From positions 637,695-701,694 of the forward strand of contig RDEW01000026.1 in assembly GCA_011109175.1 (NCBI GenBank): a DNA stretch of 64,000 nucleotides. Reading direction: 5' to 3'. Below, piece after piece: positions 1 to 13,599 of this stretch. Every line of letters starts with the position of its first letter. Position 1 is the first letter of the stretch. The notes below the pieces were generated by a model that saw only the letters and a list, made by a program, of their open reading frames with translations, was not told the DNA's origin and searched no databases. This DNA comes from Dicyema japonicum. Its lineage: Eukaryota; Animalia; Dicyemida. Position numbers and translations under genes: made by a program.

Positions 1-856
1 AACCATTAGAGTATTTTGAAGATTTAAAGGATTTTTTAATTACAAAGCTCATCAGAGAAAAGAAAGATAGGGCGTGGAACCGCCATTATCATCTATTGGA
101 CATATGAAATCCACGAGTCTTTTATGGAAAACTATTCGTCGAATCAAGCTAAACTTATCAGATGAATCAGAATCTTTTTCTGCTCCAAATACTGTGAAAG
201 CTAACAACCTAATGAAATACTACGCATCCATAAGTCACAAGGACTTCTCGAAATCCCATTCTTGTCACCTTCGAATTTAATGCCTAAACCAACTTCGTGA
301 ATCAATTTATTACCCATGCCGAGGTCACACAGGCAATAAGATCGATGAAGAGATTTTATACATGTGGTCCTGACGGCATTCTGGGAATTTTGCTAAAACA
401 CCTTGGTAATGTTGCAATCAATTCGATTACGTCAATTTTTAATTTGTCTTTTAACATGAACGTCATCCCATGCAAATGGAAGAACTCACTTATAATACTA
501 ATCCTAATTTTCTCTCCGGAAGGACGTGTCTGTATGGGCCACGCAAGATCGAGGTCTCGTCTACTACCAAATGGCGTCCTTCAAGGATCGCTCCTCTCTC
601 CGGCGTTATTCAACTTATTCCTCAACGATTTACCCTGCCCTGGAGGACCAGATTCAATGCTTTCTCACCTATGCTGACGACCTTATCATCGCTAGCAGGA
701 ACAAATACGTGGGTACAGCAAAATCAGAGCTTCAGTCACATATTGACGACCTGGGAGCCTGGTTGAAGTTGAATCGTCTCTCCATATCCAGGGATAAATC
801 AACGTGTACAATCTTCACCACGGACAGAAAAGAAAAACATACACTGGATTTGAACT
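1..856 (+). mobile_element. Degenerate Jockey/I-like LINE, RT region (resumes at 1363-1493 after a nested insertion)
   Basis: Frameshifted ORF pieces with CGPDGI, GVLQGSLLSPALFNLFLNDLP and YADDLII; continuation LPLQIRPTILGVTFD at 1363-1493. Confidence 0.85.
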
Positions 857-1362
857 TTTATTATTATTATTATTTAAGCCAAAGAAACACCGTCTTAACC
901 AATAACTAATATTCAGGTGATCCCGGCATCTCTCAATAATCGGGCCATTTTTTCTCTTTTCTCGATGCTCCGACTGTGATCCCACGCATTTTCTATACGG
1001 ACGGGGGTCTTTTTCCTTTCCTCTTCTGAAATTGCCTCCAGTTGCCTCTATGATAGACTCGAGTGCTCTGGGGGCAATTTCTTTATCTGTATATTTTTCT
1101 AGTAACTTTTTCGCTCTTGACTGGATATCTTGAATTTTTGTTAGGTTCGTTGCCGACAGGTTAGATCCCCATGCAGCATATGCATAGCCTATTGTTGGCT
1201 CGACATACTGCTTGTAGAGGGTCCCGATACCTGGCGGATAAATTCCTCCACAGTTCCAAAGGAAGGCCTTTACAAAATTGATCTTCTTTGCACAGGTTGA
1301 TATGATAGATTCCACATGGGCTGAGAAGCAGAGGAAAGTATCAAAAGTTACTCCCAGAAACT
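857..1362 (-). mobile_element. 5'-truncated LINE 3' end with (TAA)n tail, nested in the preceding RT
   Basis: ORF 815..1480(-) contains FLGVTFD...TLYKQYVEPTIGYAYAAWG (post-RT region). Ends ...TTTCTTTGGCTTAAA(TAA)n at 857-880. Same family recurs at 50416-50800 and 62325-62352. Confidence 0.8.
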
Positions 1363-1499
1363 CCTTACCATTACAGATTCGTCCAACTATCCTGGGAGTG
1401 ACATTTGACCCTTTGATGACATTTTCCCAACATATGAAGAACGTTATGACAAAGGGTCTCAGGAAACTATACATAATCAAACCGATCTTGTAGTCCAGG

Positions 1500-3350
1500 C
1501 CGTTACTTTAATGCGCTGTCGTCTTGTTCAATTAACTCCTAAAACCGACGATAGAGTATAGAGTTGGAGTACCTAATGGATGTGAAACAGTAATACATTC
1601 AATCCGGAATCCTGACGCGCAGGATTCAATTATAGTCAAACTGGACATACGTAATGCATTCAATAGCATCCGAAGCGATAGAATCATAGAAGATAGTGTC
1701 TCTAGGATTCCTGAGATTAGCAGGATGTCAGACTCTCATATGGTTCCCCGTGTACGCTGATCTTCGGACAACGCGCCATCAAGTCCAAGACTGGAGTCCA
1801 ACAAGGAGACCCACTTGGCCCTCTACTCTTTGCTTTGGGTATCGACTGTATCTGCGATCAAAACTCCTTGAAATTATGGTACCTTGATGACTCGACCATT
1901 GGGGGAGTTGGGAAATTGTTGTAAAAGAAGTTAAACGCGTCATCCCTGCCCTCGCGGCACTCGGACTGGAGCCGAATCCATCGAAGTGCGAAGTTATTAA
2001 CGTGACCTGTGGAGAGGACACCTTTAAACGCGCAATAACGATCATTTCTACTTGCCTCCAGGACATCAAAGTCTCCCGACTAGAAAAGGCGATTTTCCTC
2101 GGATCTCCTCTGTATGACATGTCAACTGTTCTGGAGGAGAAGAGTGAATCCGTACAGCTGCTCACGCACAATCTAAAGGCTTTGGACTCCCACATTTTCT
2201 CTTCATCCTCAAGAATTTTTTCCACGACTCCTTTTTTTTCTACGGACATCCCCATGTTTCACAGACATGGATTTCTTGAGAGTTTATCGATGAGAAGCTG
2301 AGGACCTCTGTTGAAGAAACACTTAACATCTCTCTGGATAAAGCAGGGTGGACCCAATGCAAGTTACCACTTCGTTATGGAGGAATTGGGATACGCTCGC
2401 CACTTGAACTTGCCCTCCCAGCCTTTCTGTCTTCGACATATGCTTCCCGTGGTCTAGTTCACCAGATCCTACGCTACATTAACAGATCGGACACTGAACC
2501 AATGGCATGCATGGCTCACGATGTTAGAATTGGACTTAATTTGGGACTCCCGAAGAACTTCAACTTCAACAAACAACGAGACTGGAACGAACTTGTATGT
2601 TCGAGGACCATCGATGAGCTAAAACCACAACTCGACCAGCATCGTCTGGCTTGTCTGGCTACCGCATCAACAAACGTAAGTGGTGCATGGCTCAAAGCAT
2701 TCCCGTGCATTTCACTCGGAACTTTTCTGGACGATGACTCCACGAGGATTGGGGTTTGCGTCCGCCTCGGAATCGATGTTTGCGCAATCCATCGCTGTAG
2801 ATGTGGAGGAATAGTCGACGCGAAAGGACTCCACGCACTTTCCTGCCGAAGGAGCGCTGGAAGGAGCCTGAGACATAGTGCAATCAACAAGGTTATTGCG
2901 TGGGGATTAGAAGCTGCCAGATTCCTTGTCCAGATGGAGCCCCTAGGACTTGCCACGGCAAACAGAAGGCCGGATGGAGCGACTCTGTTCCCGTGAGATG
3001 CTGGGAAGTACCTGGCCTGGGATGCCACCTGCGTAAATGGCTTCTCTTCTTCCAATATTACAATGAGTGCGACAAATCCAGGCTCAGCTGCAGAGAAAGC
3101 AGAAATACTTAAAGCAAAGAAGTACACATGCCTCAGCGAGCAGTACATTTGAACCAGTCGCAGTCGAAACTTCGGGAGGCATAGGATGCAGGTCGTTAGC
3201 ACTGCTCAACAAAATTGGATCGTTAGTCGCTAAAAAGAGGAGGCATGTCTGAGAGAAGGCTGGCTCATTGAGCGCATCTCCTTACAGATCGTAAGGGGAA
3301 ATGCGCTCTCAATCCTGAGAGCAGCCAGTAGCCTTTAACTATTTGGTTTT
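1500..3350 (+). mobile_element. CRE-clade non-LTR retrotransposon (RT + CCHC zinc knuckle + restriction-like endonuclease), 5'-truncated, degenerate
   Basis: KLDIRNAFNSI, QGDPLGPLLFALG, WYLDD, PLRYGGIGIR, CRCGGIVDAKGLHALSC, RRPDG, LAWDATC, FEPVAVETSG and IVRGNA across frameshifted + frames. Confidence 0.9.
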
Positions 3351-3819
3351 ATTTTTCAATAAATAGATATTTTTTTAAAAAATACCTAACTATAAGATTA
3401 ATTAATTGAAAAATCTTATGCAGATCTGAACAGCATAGAATTTTCATCAGATCGGTGAAATATAAAAATTATACATCAAAAAGGCTTCAGAAATCTTGGA
3501 TACTAAGTATTCTTCATATCCCAAATGAAAATATTTCGACAGAAGTTTACTATCATACCTTCGAAATTGTTGCGGAAGATCAGCTTCTGTTCGAAAGGGC
3601 GATTTCTTTTTTGACGAATATTCTTTAAAAAAATCGAAACTTTAAACCTGAAAATATTCAGGATATTTAATTTCGTATTTCATTGAATGATTTCGTTTAT
3701 TAGTATTAATGCAATTTCTTACAATTAAAAAAATTTATTTCAATTTTCATTAATAACAGTATTTTTTGATAAATTGACATTTATTAACAGTAAATATTAT
3801 TTATCAACTATGGGGGAAA

Positions 3820-3910
3820 GTGGGTCTTGACATTACGGAGTAAAGCGTTCCCGTGAACAACTGAGATCCCAATTCGTTGCCTCATCCAAGACCGCTTCCC
3901 GCACAGTATT
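3820..3910 (-). mobile_element. CRE C-terminal fragment
   Basis: Minus frame reads MRQRIGISVVHGNALL, matching the CRE terminal R-x-S-x-x-I/V-x-R/H-GNA motif. Confidence 0.6.
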
Positions 3911-3929
3911 TATTAAACATTTAAAACTA

Positions 3930-4233
3930 AAATTATAGATAATTAAGACACAAGAATGGCAACAGTGTTACCTCTGATAATCGCCATTTCGAGCCTCTGC
4001 CTCAACCAGAGTCCCTCCCGTGGCTCGCAGCTTTTTGGAGCTAGTTTGCTTCCAATGATGTGGAGAAACGCTTCCGTCTTCGCTCCCAAGGTTCCAGTTG
4101 TCTCCACAGCAATAAGGGTTAAATGGTATTGGTCTCCGAGGGATTCGTACCTACGGATCTTCTTGGCCTCCGCCTGGTCACATTTTTTAAAGCGTTTCCG
4201 TGGTAACAAGCTATCATTGCAAGATTTAACCAA
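3930..4233 (-). mobile_element. CRE C-terminal RLE fragment
   Basis: ORF 3943..4233: AEAKKIRRYESL...IAVETTGTLG...LRQRLEMAIIRGNTVAIL. Confidence 0.8.
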
Positions 4234-4689
4234 AAATTATTTAATATAAAAAAAACAATTATTTTTAAGTCTTGACATTAAGACCGATCTTCTCTTCCTC
4301 AATTGTTGAAGTTTTTCTGCTTGCTTGTCTGTTCCTCCTCTCTCTTCCTATTAAAGTGGTGTCATGTGATCCATTTATCTAGGTGACGCCCAGTGCCAGG
4401 CCGTCACGAAAAACTATCATTTGCTCTTCCCACTCCACTGGAGGGGTTTCCACAACTGAATGTAATGGACGTTTTCCTTTTAAGCTGATACCTGATGGAC
4501 TCTGTTTTATTAGAAGTAGAAACTGAATACACTTAATTAGTTGTTTACTTTAACTTCTTTATCGGTGTATCCGGTGTTAATAAATTAAAATTAAATTAAA
4601 TGAGAAAATTCAACCTATAAATAATTTCTAAAATTACCTCTACATGTGAATTAGATAAGATAGAGACTATTCGCAATTATCAGAAAATT

Positions 4690-5635
4690 GGATTCAAACT
4701 TTTCAAGCATCAATGCAGGCTGTTCTACAACGACGCATTTTGGGATTTCTCTCACAGTTCATCACAGACGGCTTCAACATGAAGACGCAGTTACGGACGG
4801 CTCTGGTGTCTTAGATACACAAAAAGCCCTCTACTCGATTCGAGGATTCTCCAAACAAAGAAGATCATTAACTCAAATTTACATCAGAGCATCATGCTAT
4901 GGCTGAAAAATTTTTTAAAATGGCCGACGTGCAAGATTCTGATTTGGAAAAATTACTTCAATTAAAGACTACTCCCTAATGGGATCCCACAAGACTTGCC
5001 TCTGTCTGCTCTCTTATTTAACATATTTCTACACGATTTACTTTACCTACTATCAATGATCAGGATAGCATGTTTTTATCTTATACGGACGATCTGATTG
5101 TCGCTGTAAGAGACAAATCTTTTTCCAGAACTGTGGCAGTGGTTCAGTCACACCTCATCCAGGTATGAGACTAGGTATCCATGAATTTGCTGTCTGTGTC
5201 TGCATCCAAGTCTCAGTTCACCCCTATTTACAACGGATAGAAGATTTAAAGGTGGATTTGAGATATTCCTCGGAAACATTCCCTTCCCTTATTCATGAAT
5301 CCAGAAGATCTTTGGAGTAACTTTCAACTCTCTGATGACGTTCGCCAGTCACACGGAGGAGGTGTTAACCACGAGTCTCCGAAAATGGAACGTCCTAAAT
5401 GCTATCATAAAGAAGAGCCCCTTCACTCCTACTGCTTGGATCAGCAAAGAATATCTACAAGTTATTTCGCCAATGATTGAGATGCGCTATTCCTTCAACG
5501 AGGGTGGAACGTATGAACTCTCTCAGACGGAAGTTCATGAGGTATATACAATCAGACTCCATGTCCGTCTCTGGTATGCTTTCAGAGATGGCGACGGTGA
5601 AAAATGGCCTGGGCTTCATACGTATATGCAATGAG
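4690..5635 (+). mobile_element. Degenerate Jockey/I-like LINE RT
   Basis: LDTQKALYSI, LLFNIFLHDL, SYTDDLIV and LGVTFNSLMTFASH motifs in shifted frames. Confidence 0.75.
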
Positions 5636-5639
5636 CTAG

Positions 5640-7846
5640 GAAACCGATTCAGAGAGAGGGTGGTTCCCTCTGCCCATATGACATTTCCGAGCTCTGCCTA
5701 TACTACAGTGTCAAGCTCTCTAGATTCCGCATGAATACAGTGGACTATAGATAGGCTTGGAGCTTCATATCTACCCCCAACTGCTTCAGAATACCCTTGT
5801 TGTACTTTGTTGAAATTACTTCCACCTCATTACTATTAGAATAAAAAGGATTTTGCAACCAACATCTGCCCCATCTCGTTCGCAAGCAAGTCATACTTCA
5901 TTTTTTTCACTTCCACAGTCTGCAAACGCTCTCAACTCTATGATAAGGACTCGGCCAGACTCCTTATCGTGTACCACAATGTCCGGTTTATTGTGCTTGA
6001 CTAGAACCGAGGTATGGATAACACTGTCTACCTTAATTTGGACCCAGGTGTTCTCTACTACAGATTGCACTTATAGTCCGCAACTTTCTGGTGTGGCGAA
6101 TACCATACATATTGCATAGTAGAAAATAAAGACTCTTACTACCTCTGTTATGCCTCCAACATAATCGTGGCAGAATCGATCCACATCGAGTGGCTAAAAG
6201 ATCAACCGACATGCTCCTTGACTTACAGCGGGACATGTATTTGTTGATCGACCCCAAAAGATATTGCGGTCTTTGTGAACAGCGCTCCGATCGAGGTGAG
6301 TTGTCACCGTGACTACTTAAGGTCGACATGTGGGTTGTCAATGCTCTGAAGAGGACTTATGAAGGCTTTTTAAGTTGATCTTTTCCATAAATATTATATT
6401 GTAATTCGATCAACGCTTCACATTTACTACCACCATCATCAACACGATACTTAGCAGACAAAAGAGGTCTGATAGTGCCTAGGTGGGTTGCCCGTGTTTT
6501 TCGGTCGTTATTATGGCGTGCTTCCTAGCAGACACACTTGACCCAGCTATCAGGGTGTCATGCATTCGCATTAGGATACGCTCACTTAGTTGGACTACTC
6601 CACACAGTCCACGGCCTAATTTATCACGGGGTAAATATAGTCTCTCCATTTGGTTGCCAGCACATGGACATGGTTCTCTCTGAGTACTACACGGACATAA
6701 CAGATACTTAGAAATTTGGAGTTCGGTAAAACCTAGTTCCTCTAGGACTCTTACTAACTCGCTTCATACTTGCTTGTTAGTCGCAGACTTTGAATAATTC
6801 GAATATAGTCCTATATTTTTGAAAAAGTTCCATGCCACAGACCCACATGGAGTATAGCATCTCGGCTGTTCTAGCATACATTTTCAGGTCATCGATGAAA
6901 AAAGGTGATTTGTACTGAATCAAACCCCCTCACAATGAACTGGTATTTGCTTAAACAGGTCATTGAGGCGGCGACTCAATGGCTCCAAACAGAGAACAAA
7001 GAGCAGCGGAACATGCCTATCCACCTGAAAGATCCCGCTCTTGAGTTTTACCACGCCTATCTGTGCCTTTATAGTTCAGATGAATACTCCACCTATTTAT
7101 GAAGCACACATGCATACACAGACCGTGTAGGCACTCGACAAGGTAAAAATGATCAACTGAATCGTAAGTCTCTTCACATCCACCTACATAGACAAAAGTG
7201 AGTTTCCGTGAGACACATAAAGGCATTTGTTGATTAAAGCCTGCTCTTTTGCCCCCTGACAATTTCGCACAGTACCCAACTGATTCTCGAAGAGAATCCC
7301 ATTTGCTTCTACAAACCTCCTGACCTCATTAGCCACCAATTTGGTCATCAGTTTATACAGGGTTGGCATGCAGGTAATCGGTCTATAATCTGCAGCAGAC
7401 TAGTGGTTGCTCCAGCTAAGGATCAAATATGTTGCCCCTGTGCATGCCCAATCAGGAATCGTTTCCGGGTTAGTGATGCTTTTTTATGTAATACACGACA
7501 CATAGACTCGTGCGATGAAGTGCACCTTTTGATAAAGAAATTATAAACTTTATCGACCCCGGTCGTTTTCCAATCAGGGAGATGTCTCACTACCGCCTCA
7601 AATTTCTTGCGAAAATCGAAAATTTCGCAAGATTCCGCCAAGAAAAGAGCAGCGCTGTACGGGACATTCCACGCATTTCCTCTGCGTGGTTTAGCCTCCC
7701 ACATACTACCCCATTTGGAAAGCATTTCCGCGTCCTGCTAGGAACATGCACTATGGCCATTTTCGAGTAGGCGACGGTAAATCAATCTGCGATTAAATTC
7801 AAACAGATTATTTTCTCTCCTTCTAATACACCGACTTTCATGTGTA
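5640..7846 (-). mobile_element. R4/Dong-like RLE LINE, family A copy 1 (5' part cut off by a pogo insertion at TA 7845-7846)
   Basis: LPDWKTTGVDKVYNFFIK, MPTLYKLMTK, NQLGTVRNCQGAKEQALIN, KHNKPDIVVHD. Alignable by eye to 30845-33010 and 53445-53990. Confidence 0.9.
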
Positions 7847-7864
7847 CAGTCCGACCCCGAATTG
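7847..7864 (+). repeat. 18-bp terminal inverted repeat of pogo family (exact reverse complement at 52433-52450)
   Basis: cagtccgaccccgaattg vs caattcggggtcggactg; each is flanked by TA. Confidence 0.9.
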
Positions 7865-9087
7865 CGGCAGACCTCAGGGGTGGGGCACCCTCGGATTTTG
7901 TGGTACCTCCGCATTTTAGTGCATTTTTTTGGCTAACATTTTGGCAGAGTAAAATGGAAAATCGATAAAAAATATGAAAATTTTGGGGCTCTATAAAATT
8001 GTGGGGAATAAAATTATAAGTAAATAAAATTATATTTTATTAATAAATAAATAATTTTAATTTACACGTTTATTTACATTTTTTTGTGAATGGTTATCAA
8101 CTACGAAACAAAATTAACGATTCTAAATTGATATTGAAGAACAATTTATCTGAAAGACAGATAATTAAAAATACAAAACTAGTAAAGGAATGATTTCGCA
8201 AATAAAAAAAACAATTGTACCTTTTCTTGAACAAGGAACTGTAAACACGAATGAGGATCCTATGCTTTATTCTGAGAAATCTAAATTCGATGATCAAGTT
8301 TCTGAAATATTTCAGAAACTACGCGAAGATAAGGTTCCAATATCAGGTCCTTTCGTAAAGAAAATTGCCTTATATACGGCTTCAAAAATTGGATTTGATA
8401 CTTTCAAAGCTTCAAACGGCTGGCTTGACAGATTTAAAAAGCGACATGAACTGAAATTTAAATCAATTTGTGCAGAAAAAAATTCATGTGACTTGACTTA
8501 CATCAATGAGTTTTTTTAAAATTCTTGACGAGAAAATTATTCAATATGGAAGACAAAATGTTTTTAATTGTGATGAAACTGCTTTTTATATAAAAAGGAC
8601 TCCACGAAAGTCGTTTGTAGGAATAAATGACGATACTTTTGGCTTTAAACAGGGAAAGAAAGAGTCACTGTACTTCTTTGTTGCAATTCCATGAGGGAAA
8701 AACTTGAACCAATGATTGTTTGAAAATTTAAAAACCCTCGATGTCTCAAAAATTTCAATGTGAAAGATTTTGGAATTTCATATTCATCCTCTAAAAATGC
8801 ATGGATGACTGGAAATATTTTTATGAGCTGGTTGACTTGGATAAATGAAAAATTTTATACAACCAACAGAAAAGTATTAATATTGCTTGATAATGCGGGA
8901 TGTCATAAAATTATTGAATGCTCAAATATTGAGTTTTTATCTTTGCAAAAAAATCCAACACCGTATTTGCAACCATTGGATATGGGAATTATCAAGACCT
9001 TTAAAGATTATTACTCAAATTATATAATTCAGTATTTGTGTTTTGAGGAGGATGATGATGAATTTAAATGGTTGATAAACAAAATAA
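7847..9087 (+). mobile_element. pogo/Tigger (CENP-B/DDE_1) DNA transposon copy 1, left TIR present, right end missing
   Basis: TA|CAGTCCGACCCCGAATTG left TIR. Transposase pieces FKASNGWLDRFKKRH, FNCDETA, LLDNAGCH and QPLDMG. Near-identical to 51063-51960. Confidence 0.9.
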
Positions 9088-9149
9088 AAATGATTAAGAA
9101 TCTTAAATGGCATTTATTAAAAAATGTAGTAAAAATTGGATAGAATAAA

Positions 9150-12100
9150 TAATCTATGCCATATCACAAATAGTTTACAATACCTTTTGTAGATAGTGTA
9201 ATGATCATAATTATCTAATTTATTACAATAATATGGATAAAACTATAGTGCATATCAAGTCACAACGAGATGAACAAAGTACGAATGCAGAAAAAAAGAA
9301 GTCATGAATCTATACAAGATATAAATATTCGCCAAGAAAATGAAAGACACCGGAAGCAGTTAACAAGAAGTCAAGAAACTGAAGAAAAAAAAACTTATCC
9401 GACAAGAAACAGACAGAAAAAGGAAGCAGTTGACAAGAAGTCAAGAAAATGAAGAAAGAAAACTTATCCGACAAGAAATAGACAAAAAAAGGAAAAAGTT
9501 GACAAGAAATCAAGAAATTGAAGAAATAAAAATTATCCGTCAAGAAACAGACAGATTAAGAACCGTTACAATGAGAAGCCAACAAAATCAAGAAGAACGT
9601 TATATAGAAAATCATGAAATTATACCACGAAGGAATGCGAGGTTATATAATCCTGAATTATTGGGTAATCTAGGATTTAATTATGCTGCAGCTAATGATT
9701 TTAGATGTTTGGAGAATATCGGCACTATGTCCGATGTATGTAAATTTTGTTCGGCACTAAAATTTAAAGGGAAAACTACAGGCATGTGTTGCAGTCTCGG
9801 TCAGGTAGATTTGCCTGCCTTATTGATTCCACCAGAACCACTATTGACGCTATTAAGAAATGAATTACCAACCTCGAAGCATTTTATTGAAAATATTCTA
9901 AAGTATAATAATTTTTCTTATGACATCGTTTGGAACAAACGGTAATTTTATTTATAAGGGTTATATGCCTACATATAAGGTTCTTGGTCAAGTTTATCAT
10001 AGGATGGGGTCACTACTCCCAAATGTAGGAGAGCAACATAGCTTTTTACAAATATATTTTTTAGAAAGTTTTGAGGATCAGTCAACAAGAAGATTAGAAA
10101 CAGAGCCACAATTACGTCACTCTATAACTAGCATGTTACAAAACATGTTAATTGAACATAATTCATATATTTTATCTTTTAGGAGTGTTATGCTGACTAC
10201 AAAAGAAAAGGACTACAAAGTAATTATTCATGCAGATAAGGCACCTACGGGAGTTCATGAAGGACGGTACAACACACCAAGCTCTAATCAGGTTGAGGTT
10301 TTAATAGTTGGCCAAGAATATGATAAACGAGATATTATCGTTAATAATAAAGACAGTGGACTACGAAGAATTTCAGAAACACATCGTTCTTATGATGCTC
10401 TACAGTACCCTCTGATATTTTTAAGAGGGGAAAAAGGATATAATTTTAAGCTTATGCAGCGAAATCCATCTACAGGACAAAACACAAATAAAAAAATTAG
10501 CTGTATGGCATTTTACTCTTATAGATTCATGTTAAAAAAAGAAAAATTTAATACTATTCATCGAACAGGCCAATTGTTTGATCAATATTTAGTTGATATG
10601 TATGCGAAGATTGAATCAGAGATACTATTATACTTTCGTTTAAATCAACGAAAACTTAGAGCAGAAGAATATATACATCTAAGAGATGCGATTATTAATG
10701 ATGGTAATGTTTCTGATATAGGTCAAATGATCATATTACCCTCATCATTTACGGGAGGGCCAAGATATATGCATGAACGAACACAAGATGCAATGACGTA
10801 CGTAAGAAATTACGGAACACCGGATTTGTTTATCACTTTTACATGTAATCCAAAATGGCCAGAAATTAGTGATAACATATTTATAGGGCAAAAGTACGAG
10901 AATAGACATGATATAATTGCAAGAGTTTCTAGACAGAAAATTATGAAACTGATGGATCTAATTACGAAGAGTCATATATATGGTAAGACACGATGCCATA
11001 TGTACACAGTTGAATGGCAGAAAAGAGGACTTCCACATGCACACATTTTAATATGTTTAGTTGACAAAATTAGGCCTACTGAAATTGAAGACTGCATATC
11101 CGCAGAAATTAAAAATCCAGAAGAAAATCCGGAATTATATGAAACCATCAGGAAAAATATGATACATGGACAATGTGGAATTCTTAATAGGTCTTCACCA
11201 TGTATGAAAGACGATAAGTGTAGTAAAGGATATCCAAAAGAATTCTTTTTTATCACTCGAACGGGAGAAAACGGGTATCCTCTTTACCGTAGGAGAAGGC
11301 CAACTGATGGGGGTATATAGTGACTATTAACGAAGGCTAGGTAAATGAAATAACAGTGGATAATAGGTGGGTAGTACCTTTTAGTCCACTGTTATGTAAA
11401 ATTTTTAGTGATCATATAAATGTAGAATTCTGTAATTCAATTAAATCAATTAAATATGCTTGCAAATACATCAACAAGGGGTCAGGTCAGGCAGTTTTTA
11501 CTATAGAAGGACAGGATGAGGTTACACAATACATGCATGGGAGATATATTTGCAGCAGTGAGGCTGCGTGGAAAATTTTTGGATTTCCCATACATGATAG
11601 ATATCCTTTGGTAATGGATTTGAGTACACTTGGAAAATGTACAAAGAGTTTACTTCAATGAAGAAAACGTAAAAGACCAAATGCAAACCCCAAAGAATTC
11701 TACGCTTATGGATTTTTTTAGACTTTGTACACAAGATACATTTGCAAAAACATTATTATATTGTGAAATTCCTAGATACTAGACATGGGAAACTACCGGT
11801 AAGAAATTCAAACGAAGAATAAGAGGAGAACCAGTGAATGGATATCCAGGGATTGTAAGTAGTGATGCATTGGGCAGGGTGTACACAGTTCACCCTAATA
11901 ACTCCGAATGTTATTGTGTTAGGTTACTTCTGCATACCATCCGAGGACCGAAATCTTTTACTGATTTAAAGACAGTCGATGGAGTAATCTACGCAACATA
12001 TAGATAAGCCTGTTTTAAATTGGGACTTTTAGAAGATGACAAAAGCTTGGACGACGCATTGACCGAAGCTGGGATTTTCAATATGCCATCACATATTAGA

Positions 12101-13560
12101 TATTTATTTACATTGATGTTGGCATATTGTAATATATCAAATCCTCTACAACTTTGGGAGAAACATAAAGAAATAATGTGTGAAGATATATTAAAGAGGG
12201 ACACAAAAATAGATTCTAACGAGGACATTTTTAATGAAGGATTACTAATCATTAATAGATTATCGAATCAGGTGATTGGGAAAAATCTAAATGAGTACGG
12301 ATTTACCGGTAACAGTCAAAATACTGCAAAAAATTTGGAATGTGAAAAATATAATTTAGAAGAACTACATCAAATAATAAAAGAAAGGGAACAGAATTTA
12401 TTGGAAGGTCAGTCAAGAATCTCACTGAAATAAACAGAAATATTGAAGAAAATGATGGAAAGATATTTTTTTATAGATGCACCAGGAAGTACAGGTAAGA
12501 CATATTTGTTAAATCTATTGTTAGCAAAGGCTAGATGCAATCATAAAATAGCCATAGCAGTTGCATCTACAGGTATTGCGGCTACGCTTTTAGATGGTGG
12601 TCGAATAGCGCATTTAATGTTCAAACTACTATTAAATCTAGCAAGAGATATGGACCCAGTTTGTAGCATTAAAGGAAATTCACTTATTGGGACTATTATA
12701 CGTGATTGTGATCTAATAGTATGGGATGAGTGTACAATGGTAAGTAAAGAGCATTTGAAGCAGTTGATAAAACTTTTCGCGACATAAAACACTCTGATAT
12801 ACCGTTTGGTGGAGCGGTATTAGTATTAGCAGGTGATTTTAGACGGACACTGCCTATTATTCATAGAGGAACACCAGCAGATGAATTAAATGCATGTCTA
12901 AAATCATCGTATTTGTGGTCTTTTGTAAAAAAGGTAAGTTTAGATGTAAATATTCGACCACAAAACAAGTCAGAATTAAATTAACCGGGTTGGAACGTAT
13001 TTATAAATCTGTCGATGTAATTATGGATCAAGAATCAGTATGTGAATATCCTGTGGAATTTTTAAATTCTTTAGAACCGTCAGGGATGCCTCATCATACT
13101 TTAAAATTAAAAGTAGGAGCGCCAGTTGTTCTATTACGAAATTTAGAATCTCCAAGGTTATGTAGTGGTACAAGATTGGTAGTAAGAAATTTGATGTTTA
13201 ATATTATAGAAGCATCGATATTAACGGGGCGAAATAAAGGAGAAGACGTTTATATTCCAAGAATTCCGATAATTTCAGATGAATTACCATTTAGATTTAA
13301 GAGACTACAATTTCAATTGAAATTGAGTTTCGCAATGACAATCAACAAATCACAGGGACAAACTCTTAAAGTAGTAGGTTTATATTTAGCAAGTGAATGT
13401 TTTGCACATGGACAGTTATATGTAGGTTGTTCTAGAGTAGGTGAACGAGAAAACCTATTCATATACACAAAGGACGGTCGTACAAGCAATGTTGTATATC
13501 AACAAGCATTACAATAAGATAATTGATAATTTTTACTATAACAATCAGTTTTTTAATAAA
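9150..13560 (+). mobile_element. Helitron (Rep + PIF1-like helicase), frameshifted; termini uncertain
   Basis: Rep motifs PDLFITFTCNPKW, VEWQKRGLPHAHIL and YACKYINKG. Helicase motifs DAPGSTGKT, IVWDECTM, SFAMTINKSQGQTL and GQLYVGCSRV. ORF pieces run 9270-13517; part of the helicase appears deleted near 12930-12990. Confidence 0.95.
9363..9570 (+). repeat. 69-bp (23-aa) coding tandem repeat, 3 full units plus degenerate flanks, at the Helitron N-terminus
   Basis: Units TRSQETEEKKLIRQETDRKRKQL / TRSQENEERKLIRQEIDKKRKKL / TRNQEIEEIKIIRQETDRLRTVT. Confidence 0.85.
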
Positions 13561-13599
13561 AATAGTTTAATTCGTTAAATATAATTCACTAAGGAAAAA

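Noticed and set aside
1779-3202. Long antisense ORFs (1779..2255, 2516..3202; likewise 28712..29035, 16200..16526 and others)
   Set aside because: They are shadows on the opposite strand of TE coding sequence, with no independent motifs.
4310-4480. Structured RNA (GTGACG/CGTCAC hairpin followed by GAAA)
   Set aside because: No upstream CUGANGA core or other supporting stems; a single hairpin is insufficient.
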